The notes below the pieces were generated by a model. The model worked only from the letters and a program-made list of their open reading frames with translations, did not search any database and was not told the origin of the DNA. The translations under genes and the position numbers were made by a program. 64,000 nucleotides of DNA from a virus. Of the stretch, positions 1 to 9,730 are shown in pieces. Location: positions 52,207 through 116,206 of the IMG/VR virus record IMGVR_UViG_3300036834_000189; one strand, given 5' to 3'. The stretch's first letter is position 1. Every line of letters begins with the position of its first letter.

Positions 1-1698
1 GTGGCTTGGCCGGTCAGCCACCCCGAACTGCCCAATGATTGGGGACTTCCGCTCGCGCTCAACATGACGCAGCGCTTGCGCTGGGTGGCGCATCATGCCG
101 GGTTCGAGCTGGCGTGGCTGACCGAGCACGCCCGCCGCCAGTCGATCCCCTGGGAGCCGGCAGCCGGGTTTGACGATTCGATGGTCGCGGCGCGCCTGTA
201 TCAGCGCCGCGCGTCGTGCCTCAATCTCGGGGTCTTGACCCGATTGTACTGCGGTGTCAACGTCAAGCGCCTCTCCGACATCAACCCGAACAAGATCGCC
301 GAGACCCCGCTGTCGGAAGTGCTGCCGTACAACGGACTGGATGCGTGGGGCTCGTGGCAGATCCTCGACCGGCTCGGCGACCGCGTCGACCCCGACAATT
401 ACCGATCGATCATCGAGACGATCCAATCGGTCACCGAGATGCAATTGCTCGGTCTCGATGTCGACCGCGCCGCGGCGACGGAATTGCTCGGCGAGTGGCA
501 GGGACGGGCGCAAGCCGCAGCGTTGCGTGCGATGACGGTGTACGAGGTCAAGCGCTATACCAAGGATCGCGAGTTCAACATCGGGTCCAACGAGCAGGTC
601 GGCGAAGCCCTGGTGACCTATGGCCGGGTGACCTTGCCCAAGACGCCGGGCGGGCAATACTCGACCGACGACAAAACATTGACCGATGCCGCGCCCGACA
701 ACCCGCTGGTCAAGGACGTGCTGGAATACCGCCATGCCAAGAAGATGGAGTCGACTTATGTCCTCCCGGTCCTCGCCGCCGCCGAGCGGTTTGTCGACGG
801 GCGGCTGCACCCGGTCTACAGCACCAGCTTGACCCATACCCTTCGGTTATCGTCCGAGGACGTGAACATTCAGAATTTTCCAAAGCGCAAAGACCACGAG
901 CTGCGCCGCCCGGTCGTCCCGCCGAAGGGCTGTCTGTGGGCATCGGCGGATTGGGGGCAGTTGGAAGCCCGAGTCTATGGGATGGCGTCGAAAGACCCCG
1001 CGCTGTGCGATTCGATCATCGCCGACGAGGACATTCACAGCTACTGGCTCAATGTTATCCTCGAAGCCTATCCGCCCTACTTCGACCGGCTCGCCAGCAA
1101 GGTCACGCCCAACGACACCGAAGCCCAGATCCGCAAGGGCGGTCGCGACATCATCAAAAGCGACTTTGTCTTCGCCACGTTTTTTGGGACTACGGCGCGC
1201 AACGTCAGCGAACGCACCGGCATCCCCCCAGACATCGCCACCGAGGTCCTGGGATTGTTTTGGCGACGCTATGCCGCCGCTCATCGGTGGCTCAAAGGCC
1301 AGCGTTCAGGCTATCGCGACAACGCGGCGGTGCGCAATCTGTGTGGGGTCGAGCGCTACGGGATCATGCTCGGAAACGAGCCGATCAATCACCCGATCCA
1401 GTCGACTGCGGCGCGCCTCGTCCTCGAAGCACAGAACGAGGTGTTCGGTCTGGCGAAGCGGCACGGCGATCTTCACTTCATGCCGCGGATCAATATTCAC
1501 GATGATCTCGTCTTTGCGTTGCCCGACGACAGCGACCTGATGATCACCTACATCAAAGAGATCTCCAAGGTGTTGACCAAGGTCCGGTTCGACTGGCAGA
1601 TCGTACCGCTGAAGGTTGAGTGGAAGGTCGGGGCGAATTGGGCCGATCTCGAAGCGGTCCACGAGTTCACCGGCGACTACCGCCGCAAAGCGCGATAA
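1..1698 (+). CDS. polA: Family A DNA polymerase (5' partial)
   Basis: Motifs RLSSEDVNIQNFP, ADWGQLEARV (A), KSDFVFATFFG (B), NHPIQSTAA, NIHDDLVF (C); exonuclease YNGLDA. Confidence 0.93.
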   Translation: MAWPVSHPELPNDWGLPLALNMTQRLRWVAHHAGFELAWLTEHARRQSIPWEPAAGFDDSMVAARLYQRRASCLNLGVLTRLYCGVNVKRLSDINPNKIAETPLSEVLPYNGLDAWGSWQILDRLGDRVDPDNYRSIIETIQSVTEMQLLGLDVDRAAATELLGEWQGRAQAAALRAMTVYEVKRYTKDREFNIGSNEQVGEALVTYGRVTLPKTPGGQYSTDDKTLTDAAPDNPLVKDVLEYRHAKKMESTYVLPVLAAAERFVDGRLHPVYSTSLTHTLRLSSEDVNIQNFPKRKDHELRRPVVPPKGCLWASADWGQLEARVYGMASKDPALCDSIIADEDIHSYWLNVILEAYPPYFDRLASKVTPNDTEAQIRKGGRDIIKSDFVFATFFGTTARNVSERTGIPPDIATEVLGLFWRRYAAAHRWLKGQRSGYRDNAAVRNLCGVERYGIMLGNEPINHPIQSTAARLVLEAQNEVFGLAKRHGDLHFMPRINIHDDLVFALPDDSDLMITYIKEISKVLTKVRFDWQIVPLKVEWKVGANWADLEAVHEFTGDYRRKAR

Positions 1699-1711
1699 AG
1701 CGATGTATAAT
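1684..1711 (+). promoter_or_regulatory. Putative promoter CGCAAAG-N14-GTATAAT upstream of the clamp loader
   Basis: TATAAT in an AT-rich intergenic patch; same motif and spacing at 3750-3777. Confidence 0.5.
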
Positions 1712-1843
1712 TAAAATGCCAAGCGGAGCCATGGAATGGGATTTGGATCACCGACTTTGAGCGAAGCCGGGCCTGGCGGTGCCCCACTTGGCGCGCGGAT
1801 CCCGCGCCTTGTGGGGCACTCACGTGAGCAGCGGAAATAAACC

Positions 1844-2794
1844 ATGCAGACCGACGGCGCCGCGCAACCGCTCATCGTGCGTCACCGCCCTGCCACGTTT
1901 GACGGGGTGTGGGGCCACAAAGCCATCGTCGACGCGCTGCAGCGGCGGATTACCGGTGATGGGCGTCCACACGCCTACCTGTTCACCGGGAAGTCCGGGG
2001 TCGGCAAGACCACCCTGGCGCGGATCATCGCCCATACCCTGAACTCCGAGATCCTCGAAATCGACGCGGCGTCGAACAACGGGGTCGATGCGATGCGCGC
2101 GCTGGTCGACATCGGGTACTACATGTCGCCCGGTGCCGGCTCGCGGATGATCATCCTCGACGAATGTCACATGTTGTCGCGCTCGGCCTGGAATGCGGCG
2201 CTCAAGGTCTTGGAGGAGCCGCCCAGCCATCTCTATCTGGCGTTGTGCACGACCGAACTGTATCGTGTCCCGGAGACCGTCGTCACGCGCTCGTACCATG
2301 TCAAGCTCGACCGGCTCAGTGATCTCGACATCGAGGACTACCTGATCGACATCCTCATCAAAGAAGAGTGGGATGTCGACAAGGACGTTTTCCGCCTCGT
2401 CGTCAAAGAGGCCGAAGGCAGCCCGCGATTGGCGCTCGCGCTCCTGCAGGAATGCTACGACGCGCCGAACGAAGCCGAGGCCAAGCGGATCATCGCGACC
2501 GCCGGATCGAGCGCCCCGTTGCTGCAGATCATCGATCTGGTGATGCGGGGCGACGGGAATTGGAAGGAGCACATTCAGCCGCTGCTCGGGCAAATCCCGG
2601 ACGACGATTTTTCCGAGGCGGGGATCACCGGGGCGTGTCGCCGGATCATCGGCTGGATCAGAAATGCCGAGACCGAGAACCAGGCGCGGCGCTATTGGAG
2701 TTTTCTGGCCTATCTGACTTATCCGGCGCACTCCTACGATCCCAAAAGTTTGTTTTATACCGCGCTTGGGCGGATGCTGTGGAGTAATGAATGA
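1844..2794 (+). CDS. dnaX: DNA polymerase III gamma/tau-like AAA+ clamp loader subunit
   Basis: HRPATFDGVWGH, GKSGVGKTT (Walker A), EIDAASNNGVD, LDECHMLS, NAALKVLEEPP. Confidence 0.9.
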   Translation: MQTDGAAQPLIVRHRPATFDGVWGHKAIVDALQRRITGDGRPHAYLFTGKSGVGKTTLARIIAHTLNSEILEIDAASNNGVDAMRALVDIGYYMSPGAGSRMIILDECHMLSRSAWNAALKVLEEPPSHLYLALCTTELYRVPETVVTRSYHVKLDRLSDLDIEDYLIDILIKEEWDVDKDVFRLVVKEAEGSPRLALALLQECYDAPNEAEAKRIIATAGSSAPLLQIIDLVMRGDGNWKEHIQPLLGQIPDDDFSEAGITGACRRIIGWIRNAETENQARRYWSFLAYLTYPAHSYDPKSLFYTALGRMLWSNE

Positions 2795-2819
2795 TTATCG
2801 GAGTGCTCGGCGGCATGGG

Positions 2820-3344
2820 ATGCGTGACATGACCGAACCGCGCGACTCATCGCTCAGCGCATGCATGCAAAAATATTACGAGTTGCGGCGCCACCTCGGG
2901 ATCGATCTCCTCGAACTCGACCATGCCTTTATGGTCACGCCGACAATTTTGCAGAGCGCCGGGGAGCTGGCGGCGGAGGCGGACCGCGACGAAGCCGTGG
3001 CCAAGCACAACTTCGACATCGCCAAGGGCGAAGCCGGCGAGCGGCTGCGCGCGGTGCGCGCCGGGATTTCGGAAGCCCGGCTGGCGACCTTGGTGCCGCT
3101 CGACAACGAGGTCAAAAGCGCCCGCAAAGCCGTCGAACTCGCGACTTTCGAGTCGTCGATCTGCACGTCGCTGTATAAAGCGTTTGACGCACAATGGCGG
3201 ATGGTGAATAAAGCAGTCGACATGATCGCGGCCGGATATGTCAACCCCGAGCAAGCCCATCTGCAGCGGCGGGCCGAGATCAATCGTGCGCGACGAGCGG
3301 CGCAGACCGACGCTCCGATGAAACCACTTGTCCGGCCTAGCTGA
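2820..3344 (+). CDS. Coiled-coil protein, possibly UvsY-like recombination mediator (start uncertain)
   Basis: Helical protein between clamp loader and SSB/RecA; context only. Confidence 0.4.
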   Translation: MRDMTEPRDSSLSACMQKYYELRRHLGIDLLELDHAFMVTPTILQSAGELAAEADRDEAVAKHNFDIAKGEAGERLRAVRAGISEARLATLVPLDNEVKSARKAVELATFESSICTSLYKAFDAQWRMVNKAVDMIAAGYVNPEQAHLQRRAEINRARRAAQTDAPMKPLVRPS

Positions 3345-3610
3345 TGCATAGCCCGATTGACGATACAGTTGTTCGTGCGCTGACCGACACCAGCCGGGTG
3401 CTGCAGCAGGTCAGTCTCGCGATCGACGGCGGCATGGAACGGTTGGATCTCGTGTTGGACACGGCACCGGCGCTGTCTCGCCCAATTCTCGAAACGCTTA
3501 TGCGCGCGCTCGGCGACTGCAACGACGGAGTGGGTCAAGCCGCCAAGACGTTCCGCAGTGCTCTGGAGCAGGTGCAGCTGCTTGCGTTTCCGCCCGACGG
3601 CCATGCTTGA
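3344..3610 (+). CDS. Hypothetical protein
   Basis: Start overlaps upstream stop (TGATG). Confidence 0.55.
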   Translation: MHSPIDDTVVRALTDTSRVLQQVSLAIDGGMERLDLVLDTAPALSRPILETLMRALGDCNDGVGQAAKTFRSALEQVQLLAFPPDGHA

Positions 3611-3776
3611 CATCGCGCGCTACGCAGTCGCCGCAGTCGTCGCGCTGCTGGTGTTTTACGTTCTGCTCAGAGTCGGTACTCTGGCGATCCTCCGCTCGAT
3701 CGCCGAGTTTCGCGCCGCGGAAAATGCGCAAAAATCTTCCCCGATCAAACGCAAAGTCGAAGAAAAACCGGTATAA
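3603..3776 (+). CDS. Small membrane protein
   Basis: MLDIARYAVAAVVALLVFYVLLRVG hydrophobic helix. Confidence 0.5.
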   Translation: MLDIARYAVAAVVALLVFYVLLRVGTLAILRSIAEFRAAENAQKSSPIKRKVEEKPV

Positions 3777-3777
3777 T
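3750..3777 (+). promoter_or_regulatory. Putative promoter CGCAAAG-N14-GTATAAT upstream of SSB
   Basis: Second copy of the motif; followed by GGAGGAG RBS and ATG at 3810. Confidence 0.55.
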
Positions 3778-3809
3778 CTATTAGACTGTTCCGAACCGGA
3801 GGAGTTCCG

Positions 3810-4901
3810 ATGCCTGCATTCAAATACCGGGTACGCTCGCGCGAGGATATGGATAAACGCGCCAATCAAAGCGGCAGTGATTTCGAGGGTTGGCTGAAGG
3901 ACGAATATCGGATGTATACCCCGACCAAAGGGGAGAACTGCATTCGGATACTGCCGCCTTCGCCGGCTTGGGATGAGACGCATTACAGCATGGACGTTTG
4001 GGTGCACTTTAGCGTCGGTCCCGAACGCGCATCGGTCATTTGTCTGTGGAAGATGAATGGTCAGCCTTGTCCGGTCTGCGAAGAGCGCGCACGCGCCGAA
4101 CGGGCGCGCGACGAGGAGACCGCCAAGCCGCTCAAACCCTCGCGACGGGTGTTGATGTTTCTGATCAACCGCAAGGACGAGGCACAGGGTGTGCTGGCCT
4201 GGGGCATGCCGTTTACCCTGGACCGTGACATTGTCAAAGCGTCGAAGGATCGCTCGACCGGTGAATACTTTTTTATCGACGAGCCCGAGCAGGGATACGA
4301 CATTTATTTTGACAAAGAGGGCGAGCAGCTGATGACCAAATATACCGGTGTCGCACGCGCGCAGCGCGCCAGCTCGATCAATCCCAAGCATCTCGATTGG
4401 CTGGCCGACAATCCGCTTCCCGAGGCCTTGCGATGGCGTGATTACGACGAGGTCAAGCGTCTGTACGAGGGGGCCGGGCGCGGTGAGGCGCGTCCGCAAG
4501 AGTCGGCGCGCCCGCAAGAGTCGGGGCGTTCACAAGAGCGCCCGCAAGAGTCGGGGCGTCCGCAGTCGGGACGTTCGCAGTCGGAGCGTCCGCAAGCATC
4601 GGCGCGTCCGCAAGCGCGTCCGCAAGCTCGGGACGAAGACGACGAGGACATCGACGACAGCATAGACGACAACGATTACCGCGGCGCTGCCGGGCACTCT
4701 GGTACGGTAGCCGAGCCGCCGCCGCGCGACGAGCCGTTCGCGCGGACCGCGCCTCTCCGGCGCCCCAGCGCAGCCAAGCCGCAAGCCGAGGATGCTCCGC
4801 CATTCGAACCGGGGCCAAAGCCGCGCGACAATGGCGCTGGGAAGTCGACATCCGGGGTCTCGCGCGCGGATGAGTTGCGCGCCAAATTCCGTTCCGGGTA
4901 G
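3810..4901 (+). CDS. T4 gp32-like single-stranded DNA-binding protein
   Basis: GENCIRILPP, VHF, VICL...CPVCE Zn site, low-complexity acidic C-terminus. Confidence 0.75.
   Translation: MPAFKYRVRSREDMDKRANQSGSDFEGWLKDEYRMYTPTKGENCIRILPPSPAWDETHYSMDVWVHFSVGPERASVICLWKMNGQPCPVCEERARAERARDEETAKPLKPSRRVLMFLINRKDEAQGVLAWGMPFTLDRDIVKASKDRSTGEYFFIDEPEQGYDIYFDKEGEQLMTKYTGVARAQRASSINPKHLDWLADNPLPEALRWRDYDEVKRLYEGAGRGEARPQESARPQESGRSQERPQESGRPQSGRSQSERPQASARPQARPQARDEDDEDIDDSIDDNDYRGAAGHSGTVAEPPPRDEPFARTAPLRRPSAAKPQAEDAPPFEPGPKPRDNGAGKSTSGVSRADELRAKFRSG
4491..4629 (+). repeat. Degenerate coding tandem repeat (RPQES-type) in the SSB tail
   Basis: About 9 copies of CG(T/C)(C/T)CGCA(A/G)-like units. Confidence 0.8.
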
Positions 4902-4912
4902 GAGGCGACCAA

Positions 4913-5311
4913 ATGAGCGACATCACACGCCGGTATCACCGTGATAATCCGCAGAGCGCGGCGGCCAACAAGCGCGCCAACAAGTACAAGTATCAAGCCC
5001 TCATCGTGTGGTTTCTCAAATCACGAGGTTGGCGCGGCGCGACTTGTGACGAGGCGATAATGGCGATCGACCCGCAAAAGCATCAGAGCATCTCGCCGCG
5101 CTTTACCGAGCTGAAGCAGGACGAGGTGATCGTTCCGAAAATCATTTGGGGTGAAGGCCGCGACGCAGTCCCGGAAACGCGCCCGACGCGGACCGGAAGT
5201 GACGCGGTGGTGTATGTTCTGGCGCCCGGGCTCGAACCGCCGGACCACTGGACGGTAGAGGACATCCAGAAATGGCTGATGTCGTGCCCGCGGCGTCGAC
5301 ACAGTGCGTGA
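4913..5311 (+). CDS. Putative winged-helix DNA-binding protein
   Basis: GATCDE...HQSISPRFTEL...TRTGSDAVVY pattern; GGAGG RBS. Confidence 0.6.
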   Translation: MSDITRRYHRDNPQSAAANKRANKYKYQALIVWFLKSRGWRGATCDEAIMAIDPQKHQSISPRFTELKQDEVIVPKIIWGEGRDAVPETRPTRTGSDAVVYVLAPGLEPPDHWTVEDIQKWLMSCPRRRHSA

Positions 5312-5312
5312 C

Positions 5313-5681
5313 ATGGCACTGAAACCTGATCGCCACGACCGGCCCAGGAAACGGCACGGGATGACAGTCATTCCGCTGTCGATGGTCGAGCGCAATCTGC
5401 AGACCATCAATCAGGCGATCGACGAGCTTGGCGGCTATCCAGATCCGTTCCGTAGCTCAGACGATGAGTATCGCGCGTATCACGATCGAGTGAAGCAGAT
5501 CGTCGATTGGCAGTCGGCTGGAATGCATGAGGCGCTGGAACGCCGGTCTACCGATCTACTGGCTGATACGCGAGCCCTGATGTGCGAGCTGGTGTTGTAT
5601 CTGGTCCTGGAATCAAAATTTCACCAGTCACAAGCAGCTGAACATGCGGCCGAGCTTGATTTCCGTGATGGTAATTTGTAA
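5313..5681 (+). CDS. Hypothetical protein
   Basis: Fills the gap in an operon-like run. Confidence 0.5.
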   Translation: MALKPDRHDRPRKRHGMTVIPLSMVERNLQTINQAIDELGGYPDPFRSSDDEYRAYHDRVKQIVDWQSAGMHEALERRSTDLLADTRALMCELVLYLVLESKFHQSQAAEHAAELDFRDGNL

Positions 5682-5687
5682 ACCCTA

Positions 5688-6674
5688 ATGCCCGTCACCC
5701 GCATGACCCGCCCCGCGGCGCCGCCGCCGCGCGTGTTCCCGACCGGCTCGACTTTGCTCGATCTGCAGAACGGCGGTGGCTGGGCGCTGGGCCGTGTGGT
5801 CAACGTGGTCGGCGATTCGTCGTCCGGCAAAACTCTGCTGGCGATCGAGGCGTGCGCCAATTTCGATCGGCTCTACGGGGTCGAGGCGATCCGCTATGTC
5901 GAGAGCGAGTCGGCGTTCGACCAGGATTATGCGCTGACCCTGGGATTGCCGCCCGGCATCGCGGTGATCAGCGACCAGATCCATACCGTCGAGGATTTCG
6001 GCGACGATCTCAGTGATTTTCTCAAGCGGGTCGATGGCCCCGCCGCGCTCTACTGCCTCGATTCGGCGGATGCATTGTCGAGCAACGCCGAGGTCGAGCG
6101 AAAGATCGGCACCGCGACTTACGGAGCCGACAAAGCCAAGGCCTTCTCGGAGATCTTCCGCCGCCACATCGCCGAGGTTGGCAAGAAGAATTGTTGTTTG
6201 TTCATCATCAGCCAGACCCGCGACAACATCGGCAACATGTTTGTCCCGAAGACCCGCTCGGGGGGAAAAGCCCTGCGGTTCTACGCCAGTCAGGAAGTCT
6301 GGCTGCACGAAGTGCAGAAGGAGCGGCGGCAGGCATTGGGCGGGGTCGAACGCGTGGTCGGCATCCATGTCCGGGCGCAGAACAAGAAGAACAAGATCAG
6401 CCTGCCGTTCTACGAAATCGACTTCCTGCTGCTATTCGGCTATGGCGTCGACGACGAATTGTCGATGGTCAGCTGGTTGAAAAAGAACAAGGCCGACTCC
6501 CGCGATCTCTCCGAGCCGTTGGAGCGCTATGGTCTGGCGATCCGCAAAGCCCGCGACCGGCGGGATCTGGCGGTGTTGTCCGAGTATGCCGGGGAATTGC
6601 GTGCGGCGACGCGCGCCCGCTGGCTGGAAATCGAGGAGGCGTTCAAACCGCCGATCGCCAAGTATGCCAGATGA
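5688..6674 (+). CDS. recA: RecA/UvsX-like recombinase
   Basis: PTGSTLLD, GDSSSGKT, ESESAFD, LDSADAL, ISQTRDNIG, SGGKALRFYAS, KNK. Confidence 0.92.
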   Translation: MPVTRMTRPAAPPPRVFPTGSTLLDLQNGGGWALGRVVNVVGDSSSGKTLLAIEACANFDRLYGVEAIRYVESESAFDQDYALTLGLPPGIAVISDQIHTVEDFGDDLSDFLKRVDGPAALYCLDSADALSSNAEVERKIGTATYGADKAKAFSEIFRRHIAEVGKKNCCLFIISQTRDNIGNMFVPKTRSGGKALRFYASQEVWLHEVQKERRQALGGVERVVGIHVRAQNKKNKISLPFYEIDFLLLFGYGVDDELSMVSWLKKNKADSRDLSEPLERYGLAIRKARDRRDLAVLSEYAGELRAATRARWLEIEEAFKPPIAKYAR

Positions 6675-6864
6675 CCCGCGTCTGGCTAAGGGGATACCGA
6701 TGCAAATCCGCCGATTTGGGACCATTACCACGGGGTTGGGTGTTTCTTACGATCGGGCGTTGGACGCTCTCATTGTACTGGGTGCGAGAAAAAGGTGCTC
6801 GGCGCGAACCAACCCCCGACTACGATTCAATTCCGTGAGGACGGCCCGAATACCACGGTGACAC

Positions 6865-7317
6865 ATGATCCTACCGGCGCAAACCATCCGTACCCTCGGC
6901 ATCCTCACCCCGTGTTGTGAACGGACTCGCCTACACGGGGTCACCTACGGCCTGGGACCGGCGGGTTACGACCTGCGCACCGCCGAGGACATCACCCTGT
7001 GGCCGAGCAGCTCCGCCCGCGTCGACGCCATCGAGCGCTTCGACATGCCAAACGATGTCATGGGGTTACTCTACTCGAAGTCGACCTGGGCACGCCTCCA
7101 CATCGAGCACGCGGCCACCGTCATCGAACCGGGCTGGCGCGGAACCCTGCGGCTGGAGGTCAACATGCACTATGGCGACAAACCGATCACGATCCGCCGG
7201 GGGACGGGGATCGTGCAGGCCGTCTTTTTTCGTCTGGAGAGCGCGACCGAACAACCCTACGAAGGCAAGTTCCAGGCCCAGGGACCGGGACAAGACGCCA
7301 TCTTCGACCCGCCATGA
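6865..7317 (+). CDS. dcd: dCTP deaminase/dUTPase family protein
   Basis: [32 protein letters not shown]. Confidence 0.85.
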   Translation: MILPAQTIRTLGILTPCCERTRLHGVTYGLGPAGYDLRTAEDITLWPSSSARVDAIERFDMPNDVMGLLYSKSTWARLHIEHAATVIEPGWRGTLRLEVNMHYGDKPITIRRGTGIVQAVFFRLESATEQPYEGKFQAQGPGQDAIFDPP

Positions 7318-7574
7318 CGACGCTGTACTGCAACTTTTGCGGCAAGTCGCAGCACGAGGTCGCCCCGATGGTGTACATCTGCGACGCGTGCGTCGACCTG
7401 TGCCACGCCATTGCGCATCCGCCGGATGCGGCAACGACCGACAAGCAGCCGATACCGCCGCCGCTCGACGAGGGGCTGCGGCTGGCCAAGATAGCGATAG
7501 AAACGCTGTGCGATCTCTGTGACTGGATGCGCGAGCATCAGAAGCATTGGACGACACCGGAGGACGAGGATTGA
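7314..7574 (+). CDS. Stand-alone ClpX C4-type zinc-finger protein
   Basis: [16 protein letters not shown]...[11 protein letters not shown] resembles the ClpX N-terminal ZBD; ATGA overlap with dcd. Confidence 0.75.
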   Translation: MTTLYCNFCGKSQHEVAPMVYICDACVDLCHAIAHPPDAATTDKQPIPPPLDEGLRLAKIAIETLCDLCDWMREHQKHWTTPEDED

Positions 7575-7833
7575 ACCGTTGAAGCTGTGCAAGGATTGTA
7601 AATGGGCACTGAACCGGGGAGCGGAGCTGGGCACCCCTCGCCCCTACGACTGGAGTTGTCGGCACCCGGCTGCGCTGCAGCCCCCGCTCGCCGATTATGT
7701 CACCGGAACCCCGCAGCAGCCGCACCCGCGCGACTGCCTCGGGATGCGCGACGATCCCGACCTGTGCGGTCCCGAGGGGCGCTACTGGGAAGCGGCGATT
7801 TCGGAGGTCGAGGAATTGGACGCGCGGCGATGA
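7519..7833 (+). CDS. Cys-rich hypothetical protein (start uncertain)
   Basis: LCKDCKW...CRHP...C..MR...[10 protein letters not shown]. Confidence 0.6.
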   Translation: MTGCASIRSIGRHRRTRIEPLKLCKDCKWALNRGAELGTPRPYDWSCRHPAALQPPLADYVTGTPQQPHPRDCLGMRDDPDLCGPEGRYWEAAISEVEELDARR

Positions 7834-8039
7834 GACAGCTTACCCCGGCAGCCAGGCTGACCCTCGCGTTGCGTGAAGCCGGTGCGCCGCAGGACATGAT
7901 CGACCGCGCCGCCACCGGGTATTACGGCGATTTCACGTCACCGCTGCCGTTCCCGATCAGTCGATTGGTCAAGGATGCCAGAGCCGCCGGGCTCGACGCG
8001 ATCGCGCGCCGCGCGATGGATGGCGAGTTCGACGGCTGA
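7830..8039 (+). CDS. Hypothetical protein
   Basis: ATGA overlap; [10 protein letters not shown]...GEFDG. Confidence 0.6.
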   Translation: MRQLTPAARLTLALREAGAPQDMIDRAATGYYGDFTSPLPFPISRLVKDARAAGLDAIARRAMDGEFDG

Positions 8040-8288
8040 CCGGAGAGCAAATGATGCTCACGACTGACAATATCCTCGATTTGCTGCGTAAGATGCCTGA
8101 CAGCCTGAAGCCGCTCATGGATGGGCTCGGCTGCGGCATAGCGCCGATTGCTCGCATAACTTTGCGCGACACAGACCTGCACGGCAACAAGCTGCGCCTT
8201 GTTTGCGGCGTCGAGTTCATTGAGGACGATGAAGCCGTCGAGGACGATGAAAACGGCGACATGCCTGATAGCGATTGGGAAACCCAGA

Positions 8289-8555
8289 ATGCCGACGATC
8301 AAGCAGAAAGCCGATCATGTCCGTGCCGCGCAGCAGACGCGGACCCATGAATGTCACTGGCCGGGATGCGACCGGCAGGTACCCCCGGCGAAATGGGGAT
8401 GTCTGCGTCATTGGCGGATGCTGCCGCGGTCTCTGCAGCAGCGGATCTGGCGGGCGTACCAGCCGGGGCAGGAAACGACGCTGACCCCGAGCCGGGAATA
8501 TGTCGAAGCGGCCCGCGCGGTGCAGGAGTGGATTCGCGATGGGCGCCGTGTATAG
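8289..8555 (+). CDS. Small Cys/His zinc-binding phage protein
   Basis: HECHWPGC...WGCLRHW. Confidence 0.65.
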   Translation: MPTIKQKADHVRAAQQTRTHECHWPGCDRQVPPAKWGCLRHWRMLPRSLQQRIWRAYQPGQETTLTPSREYVEAARAVQEWIRDGRRV

Positions 8556-8586
8556 TGAGCAAAACCGCCATTTTTGGAGGATTTTA

Positions 8587-8978
8587 TGATCGTCGACCGC
8601 CTGCCCTTTGGTCCCGTTCCGATCGAGCCGATGGCCGAGATCACCACCCGCTTCGAGGTCGCGACCGACGGCAAGATCACCCTCGGCGAGCGCGACGCCG
8701 ACCACCCGCTGATCGAGGCCGAAACCGACGAGATCGCGCTGAGCGTGAGCTACAGCGAGATCGCCGAGCATGTCGGCGGCGACCGCGTCGACTGGTGCTG
8801 GCTGCGGCTGACGACGCAGGGCGCCAGCGCCGACACCGGGCGAGCCTTCGAGGCGTGCCTGGAAGCCTGTCTGCCGTGGACCCAGCTGCGCCAGCTGCAC
8901 GCCTATCTCGGGTTCCTGCTCGCTCAGGTCGAAAAAGGCGACCGGCGCGAAGCGAAGCCGCGCGAGGACATGCCGTGA
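8587..8978 (+). CDS. Hypothetical protein
   Basis: GGAGG RBS before ATG. Confidence 0.6.
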
Positions 8979-9096
8979 CCAATCGTTGACCCGGTTGGGC
9001 AATCTTGGTGTGCAACCTTGGATTGCGTTATCCATCCGGTGTGCATTCTCCGGTCGATGCTCGATTCCGCCATTCGGACACCACATCTATGTCGTG

Positions 9097-9603
9097 ATGA
9101 AGGGCCATCTCAAAGGCAGCGCCTTCGAGCGTCTGTTGTGCCGTAAATTGTCGTTGTGGCTGTCGCACGGCGAGCGTTCCGATCTGCTGTGGCGATCCTC
9201 GATGTCGGGCGGCCGAGCCACGTTGCAGCTCGCCAAGGACGAGGTCAATCGGGCGCAGAGCGGCGATCTCACCGCGATTGCCCGCGACGCCTACCGGTTC
9301 TGCGACCGGACGTTTATCGAGGCCAAGCACTACCGTGATCTGGCCATTGCGCGGGGTCTGCTGTGCGACACCGGCCGGCTGGCGGGGTTCTGGAAAAACA
9401 CCGTGGCCGCCGCCGCCAAGTACGACAAGACACCGCTGCTGATCGCCCGGCAGAACCGCTATCCGATCATCGCGATCACCGGCGCCACGGTGTTCGCCTG
9501 CCCGCCGGTGCTGACACTGCACGGCTGGAGTGCGCAGCTGTACCTGCTCGACGATGCGCTCAACGAGCCGGCGGTGACCATGCTGCGCCGCCCGCGCCAC
9601 TGA
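9097..9603 (+). CDS. Hjc-like PD-(D/E)XK Holliday junction resolvase
   Basis: KGSAFER, RSSMSGG, GDL, IEAKHY. Confidence 0.8.
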   Translation: MKGHLKGSAFERLLCRKLSLWLSHGERSDLLWRSSMSGGRATLQLAKDEVNRAQSGDLTAIARDAYRFCDRTFIEAKHYRDLAIARGLLCDTGRLAGFWKNTVAAAAKYDKTPLLIARQNRYPIIAITGATVFACPPVLTLHGWSAQLYLLDDALNEPAVTMLRRPRH

Positions 9604-9730
9604 CACCGCCAAAAAAGCCGGATAAAAAACGCTTGGCAAGCCCGCCATCTGCTGCTAATGGGAAAACCGCTGCCGGGGGAACGACGCTCAGCCTTGGTGC
9701 GGTAGCCGTGAAGCGCTGACGACACGACAG

